Assembly (NCBI RefSeq): GCF_009914755.1
Contig: NC_060943.1
DNA length: 64,000 nt
DNA from: the human T2T-CHM13v2.0 reference genome, Homo sapiens
Strand: one strand, 5' to 3'
Part shown: piece after piece, positions 52,301-64,000 of the stretch
Layout of the letters: each line of letters opens with the position of its first letter
How positions within the stretch are numbered: position 1 is the stretch's first letter
Notes under the pieces: model-generated
Seen by the model: the letters and a program-made list of their open reading frames with translations, nothing else
Database searches by the model: none
What the model was told of the DNA's origin: nothing
Program-made: the position numbers and the translations under genes

Positions 52301-53346
52301 TAGCCAGGACTACTGAGTAGCACACCACCACGCTCGGCTAATTTTTAAAATGTTTTGTAAAGGCGGGGGTTGGGGGGGGTCTCACTATGTTGCCCAGGCT
52401 GGTCTTGAACTCTTGGACTCAAGCAGTCCTCCCACCTCGGCCTCTCAAAGTACAGGGTGAGCCACCACGCCTGGCCTGCCTGGAGCCACTTAATGAGCTT
52501 AGTCCAGGCTGAAAACGTCAGTATCTGCCACTTCTTCACCTTTGCTCTCCTTTCCAACCAGTGCCTTTCTTGTTCTGACCTTTGGGGTGGCTCCTTCTTT
52601 CCATTTTAAGGTGACTCTCTAGGCCATCAATTTGCTGATGCCACTTTAGGGGCTTGGGAGAATCAAAGCATCTTCCTGCCCATCACCCACGAGGAACTGG
52701 GTGGAAACGGCTCTTCTGGAAGCCCCAGAACCACACCTCTGCACAGCCCGTGACTGTCTTTCCTCTGCTCCCTTCATTCTCGAAGAAGCTCTGCCTCCCT
52801 GCCCCTCATCCCACAACTCCCTGCAGAGTTTCCCCATTTCCTTTTGTTCTTATTCTTTTACACTGGAAATGCAAACACACAATGTGTGCAGACAGCATCC
52901 ACGTCCAGAGTGATGGCTGATGTTAAAGCAGACACTGGTGTGCACCCACCCAGGGCCTGACAGAGAGCAGTGCCCCTGTCACCTGGTGTGCCCGGCTTCA
53001 CCCCAGACCAACAGAACGGCACCTGAGCAAGTGAAGCACTAGCATGAGGGTGGGGCCCTCACCCCTGACGTGAAAAAAAGGAGGTCACACCTGGCACATG
53101 GCTGCGAGGGGAGTGGTCAGAACAAGAAATCTGGAGGGGAGAAAAAGGCAAGTCACAGAGAGGATGCTGAAAGGAAAGGAACAAGCCTGGCAGAACCTGA
53201 AGGTGCTGAGGCAGGGAGTGGGTTGAGGAAGGAGAGGGGAGGCAAGACACGGGGGCATCAGTGACCCCAGGGCTGGCCAGGGCAAGTCCCAGCTGAGAAC
53301 TGAGAAGAGAAAATGCCACTTCAGGAGGGATGGGGGGATTTCCCAC

Positions 53347-53486
53347 CTGGGAGCTCAGGGACTGGCAGATCAGGAGGCTCCTGGTGTTCCTCACTGTCCG
53401 TGTTCTCATCCGTGGAGCCTGCATACGGGTCTTCCCCATTCTCCTCCTGGCCAGGGGGCAGTCTGTGTTCCTTCTGCTCTGCCACC
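53347..53486 (-). CDS. XRCC1: XRCC1 exon 14 (c.1482-1621), including the CK2-site segment YAGSTDEN
   Basis: 140 nt; VAEQKEHRLPPGQEENGEDPYAGSTDENTDSEEHQEPPDLPVPELP. Confidence 0.95.
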
Positions 53487-53580
53487 CTGGGGGTGCCAAG
53501 AGGAGTAGAGAGTGAGCATGCAGAGCAGCCTCCCCTACACCCAAGGCCAGGGACACCCCAACCCCCAGCCCTAGCCCTAC

Positions 53581-53635
53581 CTCCTCAGCTCATCCTCTGT
53601 GTCCCCAGAATCTTCCGCCCCATTGTCCTGTCCTT
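53581..53635 (-). CDS. XRCC1: XRCC1 exon 13 (c.1427-1481)
   Basis: 55 nt; EGQDNGAEDSGDTEDELR; AG acceptor and GTaggg donor. Confidence 0.94.
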
Positions 53636-53744
53636 CTGCAAGTAGAAGCTCAGTCAATGCAAGGCTGCCTTGTCTCCTGGGAAGACTGGCAGCTCTCCCA
53701 GTATGGCACAGACCCAGGCATCTCATGCCCCCAGCCTCAACTGC

Positions 53745-54120
53745 CCTCCAGATCCAGTCGTCTGGGCCCCCAGCCCCTCCTCCCTCTGATCCAGGAGTCC
53801 AGGCCCCAGCCCCTCCTCCCTCAGACCCAGGAGTCCAGGACTCAGCCCTTCCTCCCTCAGACACAGGAGTCCAGCCCCCAGCCCCTCCTCCCTCAGACCC
53901 AGAAGCCCAGGCCCCCAGCCCCTCCTCCCTCAGACCCAGGAGTCCAGGCCCCCAGCCCCTCATCCCTCAGACCCAGGAGTCCAGGTCCCCAGGCTCTCTT
54001 CCCTCAGACTCAGGAGTCCAGGCCCCAGCCCCTCCTCCCTCAGACTCAGGAGCCCAGGCCGCAGGCCCTCCTCCCTCAGACTCAGGAGCCCAGGCCCCAG
54101 CCCCTCCTCCCTCAGAGTCT
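53745..54120 (+). repeat. MSR1 minisatellite (about 10 units) in XRCC1 intron 12
   Basis: 36-37-bp units abutting the exon 12 donor. Confidence 0.93.
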
Positions 54121-54123
54121 GAC

Positions 54124-54256
54124 CTGACTGTACCCCCTCAATGTCTATATCTTCCTGGAGCACTGGTGAGGCTGCTTTGGTCTCTTCAGGGGTTGGGGGC
54201 TTCTGGGGTGAGCTGGGTCCAGCTGCCTGAGTGGGCTTGGTTTTGGTCTGGGGTTG
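54124..54256 (-). CDS. XRCC1: XRCC1 exon 12 (c.1294-1426)
   Basis: 133 nt; QPQTKTKPTQAAGPSSPQKPPTPEETKAASPVLQEDIDIEGVQS. Confidence 0.94.
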
Positions 54257-54412
54257 CTAAGGAGGGAGAGTGGGTGGGTGAGGAGGGCAGGAACAGTGTG
54301 GGTGTGTTGGGGGGGTACCTGCAAGAGGCAAGAGTGGGAAGTCTGGGGTGCCACAGCGGACTCATGTCATCCTCCCACTACACCCTCCCCCACTGGACAG
54401 GGGGCATCAGAC

Positions 54413-54506
54413 CTTCTGAGGAAGCTTGGGGGCTTCATCTCCGCTGCCACCGCTGTGAGAGGCCTCATCCTCCTCACTGCTGGAACCTGGCCCTGCCATG
54501 AGGTAC
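54413..54506 (-). CDS. XRCC1: XRCC1 exon 11 (c.1200-1293)
   Basis: 94 nt; [31 protein letters not shown]; GTctga donor. Confidence 0.94.
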
Positions 54507-54724
54507 CTAGGGGACAAATCGGGCCTCAGACAAACAGGCCCAAGGGAAGTGGGGAGGGCGTTCAGGAGGCAACAGCCATTGGCATTTACTAAAATACTCA
54601 CTCTAGTGGGCCTCATGGTCTTGTTCCCAGCCCATTCTCTCCCAGCTCAGGAAGGCCCCAGTGAACCCAGTCAGTCTGGCCACCTGCCCTGCAGACCTGG
54701 GTACCCCCTTTCTTCCCCTCCCTC

Positions 54725-58892
<4,168 letters not shown>

Positions 58893-59197
58893 ACTCACTT
58901 TGAATGAATGAATATGGACCCTAACACTTGTTCTCCCACCCCTGAGTTTTTGCACAAACTGCTCCTCCAGCCTTTTCTGATAAGCAGGCTTCACAGAGCC
59001 CTCTGTGACCTCCCAGGCAGGTCCTCCTTCCCTCATCTGGAGTACCCCAGCCCCTGCCCCGCTCCTCTCAGTAGTCTGCTGGCTCTGGGCTGGGACCACC
59101 TGTGTTCTCCGCTGGCAGGCCCCAGTCTGACTCCCCTCCAGATTCCTGGCATTGCCCAGCACAGGATAAGGAGCAGGGTTGGCGTGTGAGGCCTTAC

Positions 59198-59314
59198 CTC
59201 CGGGAGGGCAGCCGCCGACGCATGCGGTGACAGTCCAGCACCCACTCCTTACGCACGATGCGGCCTCCCAGGCCTAGGACCTGGCTGTACTTGGGGGTGT
59301 TGGCAAAGGCACAG
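59198..59314 (-). CDS. XRCC1: XRCC1 exon 10 (c.1083-1199), BRCT1; codon 399 = CGG (Arg)
   Basis: 117 nt; CAFANTPKYSQVLGLGGRIVRKEWVLDCHRMRRRLPSR; GTaagg donor. Confidence 0.97.
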
Positions 59315-59391
59315 CTGGTGGGGGGCAGAAGTGAAGATGCCAGTTAGGTGTGATCTGAGGGGCAAAGGGGAATGAGACAGGGGAGACAGAC

Positions 59392-59422
<31 letters not shown>

Positions 59423-59643
59423 TCATGAGATTGAGGTGGGAGAAACAAAAAGAGGTTGGAGACCAAGGGAGAGATGCAAAAATCAGAGAGAAGACAAAGG
59501 CTACAGAATGCAGTGAGAAAGAAAGCGAGTGAGAGAGAGAGAAAGCATGCAGCATAGTGGACACAGAGAAAGCACAAGGTGGAGGAGACACAGGGAGCTG
59601 GGGGAGAAACTGCAGCGGCGCAGGGAGGGGGGCGCAAGCCTAC

Positions 59644-59902
59644 ATGAGGTGCGTGCTGTCCCGGGTCCAGTCTGGCCGATACTTGGCCCCAAGCTCTAGG
59701 GCCTTATCTCGCAGCTCGGAGCGGAAGGGGTTCTGGAAGCCACTCAGCACCACTACCACACCCTGAAGGATCTTCCCCAGCTCCTCTGGGCCAGCTCGGG
59801 GTCGTCTGGGCTCGGTGCCTTCTCCTCGGGGTTTGCCTGTCACTGCCCCCTGTGCTCGGGCAGGGACTGGGGCTGTGGCTGGGGTACGAGTTGGAGCTGG
59901 CA
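59644..59902 (-). CDS. XRCC1: XRCC1 exon 9 (c.824-1082), start of BRCT1
   Basis: 259 nt; ...ILQGVVVVLSGFQNPFRSELRDKALELGAKYRPDWTRDSTHL. Confidence 0.97.
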
Positions 59903-59948
59903 CTGGAGAAGACAAAGAGTAGATTAGGTTAGCACCACTGGGGGTCAA

Positions 59949-60360
59949 CCCCCAGCCCCTCCTCCCTCAGACCCAGCAGTCCAGGCCCCAGACCCTCCTC
60001 CCTCAGACCCAGCAATCCAGGCCCCAGCCCCTCCCCCCTCAGACCCAGGGGTCCAGGCCCCCAGCCCCTCCTCCCTCAGACCCAGGAGTCCAGGCCCCCA
60101 GCCCCTCCTCCCTCAGGCCCAGGAGTCCAGGCCCCCAGCCCCTCCTCCCTCAGACCCAGGGATCCAGGCCCCCAACCCCTCCTCTCTCAGACCCAGGGGT
60201 CCAGGCTCCCAGCCCCTCCTCCCTCAGACCCAGGGGTTTAGGCCCTCAGCCCCTCCTCCCTCGGATTCAGGAATCCAGGCCCCCAGCCCCTCCTCCCTCA
60301 GACCCAGGGGTCCAGGCCCCCAGCCCTTCCTCCCTCAGATTCAGGACAGCAGGCTCCAGC
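59949..60360 (+). repeat. MSR1 minisatellite (about 11 units) in XRCC1 intron 8
   Basis: 36-37-bp units. Confidence 0.93.
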
Positions 60361-60423
60361 CCCGCTTCCCCTAGGACACAGGAGCACAGGCCCCTGTGGA
60401 AACAAGGGATCTAGTTAGCTCAC

Positions 60424-60535
60424 ATTTAGGTCTCTTGGGAACAGATGGCGACAGCTGGGCTGGTGGTTTGCTGGGGGTCTTCTTTTCTTCTTGGTTCAAA
60501 TCCAACTTCCTCTTCCCTTTGGGAGACTCCTGGGG
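60424..60535 (-). CDS. XRCC1: XRCC1 exon 8 (c.712-823), bipartite NLS KRK...KRPK
   Basis: 112 nt; PQESPKGKRKLDLNQEEKKTPSKPPAQLSPSVPKRPK. Confidence 0.95.
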
Positions 60536-60608
60536 CTGAGGGGATGGGGATGGATTGAGGCCTCCAGCTTCTCTCCTCCTCCACCCCACCAAAGTCTGAT
60601 GATTTCAC

Positions 60609-60718
60609 CTTGGAGGTGCTGCCTATGGCCCTGGAGACTGGAGAGGCTGAGGAGGCAGCACTAGAAGCCTGGAGGGTAGCAGCTGCATAGCTAGGTCCTG
60701 CCGGGTCGCTGGCTGTGA
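60609..60718 (-). CDS. XRCC1: XRCC1 exon 7 (c.602-711)
   Basis: 110 nt; VTASDPAGPSYAAATLQASSAASSASPVSRAIGSTSK; followed by a 73-nt intron. Confidence 0.95.
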
Positions 60719-60819
60719 CTATGAAGGGAGAAAGTGGATCCAGGATGAGAGGGCTGAGCCCCAAGACCCTTTCACTCCTATCTATGGGACACAGAATATT
60801 GTTGCCAAAACCCACCAGT

Positions 60820-61010
60820 GATCCAGGAGTCCCAGCCTCCAGACCTCTCAACCCTCAGGACACAAGAGGCCAGGCCCACCTTCCTCCACCCTGAGACCCA
60901 GGAGTCCAGGACTCCACTACCCTCCTCCCTCAGACCCAGGAATCTGAGCCCCAGCCCCCTCTACCCTCAGACCCACGAGTCTAGGTCTCAACCCTACTCA
61001 CTCAGGACCC
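60820..61010 (+). repeat. Degenerate MSR1 units in XRCC1 intron 6
   Basis: ccctcctccctcagacccagga-type units. Confidence 0.7.
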
Positions 61011-61027
61011 ACGTTGTCCGAGCTCAC

Positions 61028-61139
61028 CTGGGGATGTCTTGTTGATCCGGCTGAAGAAGAGAGCCCCCGGCCTCAGAGAGTTGGCGCTCTCATCCTCCTC
61101 CTTCACACGGAACTGGCCAAGCTTGGTCACTGTCACCTT
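61028..61139 (-). CDS. XRCC1: XRCC1 exon 6 (c.490-601); codon 194 = CGG (Arg)
   Basis: 112 nt; KVTVTKLGQFRVKEEDESANSLRPGALFFSRINKTSP. Confidence 0.95.
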
Positions 61140-61235
61140 CTAAGGTCCCGCAAGGTCAGTATTATAGGTGGGCTGCTGGCAGGTGGGGGTGGAGAGGCAG
61201 GGAGAAGGCCATGGGGAGTGACAGGTACAGCTTAC

Positions 61236-61310
61236 CTGGGACGGGGCCTCTGCCTCATCTTTGTCTGGGGGGCTATGAAACCGTACAAAACTCAAGCCAA
61301 AGGGGGAGTC
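61236..61310 (-). CDS. XRCC1: XRCC1 exon 5 (c.415-489)
   Basis: 75 nt; DSPFGLSFVRFHSPPDKDEAEAPSQ; GTaagc donor. Confidence 0.95.
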
Positions 61311-62273
61311 CTGGGAAAGGAGGGGTGGGAGTCAGGGAGTCTGGCCCAAGGACAGAGGCCAGGGCCCAAGACCCTTTTCACTCAGGGAAACCTCTTCCTG
61401 GCTCCTTCCCTCTCATGAACACCCATGTTGAAGGAGGGGCCCTGGCGATGGTGATGACAATTATAGGATTAAGCTGTTATGACTGAGCCCTAACTCTGAG
61501 TCTGGCTCCAAGCCCTTTTCACGCATTAGCTCTTTGGGCAATTGGCAGAGTCTACTAGGTGTCCCAGCGAATTCACTGCCCTATGCACAAACTCCTGCCT
61601 GTGGAATGGGAGGGAGTGCTGCGTGCCACTTCCAGAACACAGAAGTGTTCCAGGCTCTCTCCTCTGCCAGCTGGATGCAGAGCCAGAAAATAGGAGAAGT
61701 CTGGGTCCCTGCACGACCTCATAAGGAGAAGCCAGCTGACAGGCTAAACACTCCCCAGGACAGTTACCTGGGCAAGAAGCACACCTTTAGTGTGTGGCAT
61801 CATCACATACTCCAGTCTCACTGTTACCACAGCTTTTAGCATCCCTTAACCTACAGCAACCCTGTAAGGATCAGGCAATGGAGGCCCAGAGAGCGTAAGT
61901 CACTTGCCCAAGATCACACAGCTAAAAAGTGGTATAGCCAGGACGTGAACTCAGTAATCAGACGCCAGATCTCCTGATGTTAACTACTAGGCCCACTCTA
62001 CTAGGCCACCTCTCTAACAAGTCAGTTCCCCTCCTCCGATTCCCCTCTGAGATGCTGCAGTTCACCCTTCCTAGATTCCCTCCGGGAGATGAAACTTCTC
62101 ATTACAGGAAAGATCCCAAACCCATTTCAGGGAACGCAGGGACCCAGCCTCCCCATAATCCCATGGGACACCAGCTGTCTACTCCTCCCAGCCCTATGGG
62201 ACTCAATATTGGCCCTTATTTCCCTCCTTGCCCAGGACCAAGGACTCTGCACCCTGGCTCCCACCCTAGGTAC

Positions 62274-62432
62274 CTTGCTGTAGGGCTGGCTGCAAACAAT
62301 TTTGACCCGGTCCCAGCGCTTCTCGGCGGCTGCCCGGACCAGCTTGTCAGGCCCAAACATGCGAACGCGGTTGGGGTTTGAGCCACTGCGGCTCTCGGAA
62401 GGGGACATGAAAGATGAGGTGACCAGAAGGAC
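62274..62432 (-). CDS. XRCC1: XRCC1 exon 4 (c.256-414), N-terminal Pol beta-binding domain
   Basis: 159 nt; VLLVTSSFMSPSESRSGSNPNRVRMFG...WDRVKIVCSQPYSK; exons 1-3 lie beyond the right edge. Confidence 0.96.
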
Positions 62433-63099
62433 CTGGGTGGGAGAAGCCACAGTGCATGAGAACCAGGGCAGGTTGGCTTAGATGAGAGCTTCTAGGGGCT
62501 GGGGAAGAGGGCACAGGGCCCACACAGGGGACTGGGAGTCACTAGAATGTAGCTTGGGCCTAGATGTCTCCAGACCCTTTGTTTCTAGGCCTTGAGTCAG
62601 TCCTGCCCTGACACAGGCCCCAGAGGGATCTCTTTATCCTCCAGATGTGAGCGACCCTTATCTAAATTCTCCCATGGAGTCTTCCATATCTGGCAATACA
62701 GCGGGCTACATGTCCTAAGGAACTTTCCCGGCAGAGAATATTCAGTAAACTGGCACAATATTCAAACACCTTTTGGAAATGCACAGGTGAGTCAGCGGAA
62801 AGGCAAGGGGAATTACTAGAGGCTGGAAATGAGAAAACAGAATCCAGAGAGTCAGGCGAGCTGCACTAAGTATTAAGTGATTGTTTCTCAGCTCAAACCT
62901 ACCCTCTACAACTCATCTCTGTGATCTGGGCCCGCACTTGGCAAACCACCTTTCTGCTTCCCTAGCTGATCGTGACCAGGCTCTGCCAATAGGGGGGGCA
63001 AGAGAGAGAGTTTGCAAGGCTGCAGGAGGGAGGAAGGACCAGCTTCTCGTGCATTGCAGATCCTGTGAGCATCACCCCCAGTTAAGCTTCTGCTGCTGC

Positions 63100-63450
63100 A
63101 GTGGTTCCTGCCTGCAGCAGCAGATGAATCCAGTTTGCAGTGTCCCAATACCTCCAGAAACAGCCTCATTCAGCCCCTCTCAGCAGCCGGTGGGGGAGGA
63201 AGCCCTCCTCAAACGATCTGAATTTCAGCTCCTGGAGCCCCACCTCCCAGTTTCCAAACATCTACGTTTCAATAATTCCTGCTCCTTTCTTTTGTTCCCC
63301 CAACCCTGGGAGTGGTAGCTACTCCCTGCGGTTGCTTCTCCCTCATATCTTAGTCTTCTAGTAACACCTAGTTACTGGTTCTTTCTATCAAATTATCTGT
63401 TAAAATAACTGGTGTGGTTTTAATCTCCGGGCAAGGACCCTGACTGACCC
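63100..63450 (+). mobile_element. Old ERVL-type LTR (LTR33-like)
   Basis: Ends ataactggtgtggtttt...gaccctgactga, resembling the LTR33 3' end as I recall it. Confidence 0.45.
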
Positions 63451-63509
63451 GGCAGCACTCATGTTGGTAGTTTGTCGTGGTGCTGATCCCAGATAGCAAA
63501 TAACTTGAT

Positions 63510-63815
63510 TTTATTTATTATTATTATTTTTTTAAGAGACAGGGTCTTTCTCTGTCACCCAGGCTGGAGCACAGTGGTGCGATCATAGCTCACTGCAGCC
63601 TCGACCTCTGGGTCTCAAGTGATTCTCCCACCTTGGCCTCTGAGTAGCTGGGTCTAGAGATGCACGACACCACACCTGGCTAATTTTTTATTTTTTGTAG
63701 AGGCATGGTCTTGCTATGTTGCCCAGGCTGGTCCTGAACTCCTGGCCTCAAATGATCCTCTCACCTCAGCCTCCCAAAGCTATAGAAGTACAAGTGTAAG
63801 CCACCACACCCAGCT
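63510..63815 (-). mobile_element. AluJ-like element
   Basis: Reverse complement of Alu consensus. Confidence 0.9.
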
Positions 63816-64000
63816 AGAACTTGATCTTTAAGGGTTATGCACGTGGTGGTGAAAGAGAACAAGAGAGAAAACCTAGGCTCCAAGCAAGGGAGAGTGGCAT
63901 CTCAGAGATCCTCACCACACTGCATAGAACTGAGGACTCCCCAAAGGCAACGCCCACACTAGTTACATGAAGGGGAAATAAGCCTGTGGAAAGAGTCCCT

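Overview
Human-type (hominoid) genomic DNA that I recognise as the chr19q13.31 PHLDB3-ETHE1-ZNF575-XRCC1 cluster; it is very Alu-rich and GC-rich. Minus strand: the 5' part of PHLDB3 (putative non-coding exon 1 plus 8 coding exons, 383 codons, continuing left of the window); complete ETHE1 (7 exons, 765 nt, 254 aa); and XRCC1 exons 4-17 (codons 86-633, continuing right). Plus strand: the complete ZNF575 CDS (2 coding exons, 738 nt, 245 aa, six C2H2 fingers). All exon boundaries were read from GT/AG sites and the reading frames add up. Other elements are a full-length THE1 (MaLR) element with 5-bp TSD in ETHE1 intron 3, a 5'-truncated SVA with 16-bp TSD in XRCC1 intron 10, several 36-38-bp MSR1 minisatellite arrays beside exons, DNA-transposon fossils, L1 fragments and dozens of Alus. 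Most ORFs in the supplied track are repeat artefacts. I see no clearly new multi-gene system. The best new hypothesis is an in-frame ETHE1(exon 6)-to-PHLDB3(exon 2) read-through fusion, which is predicted from splice phase only and needs transcript data.
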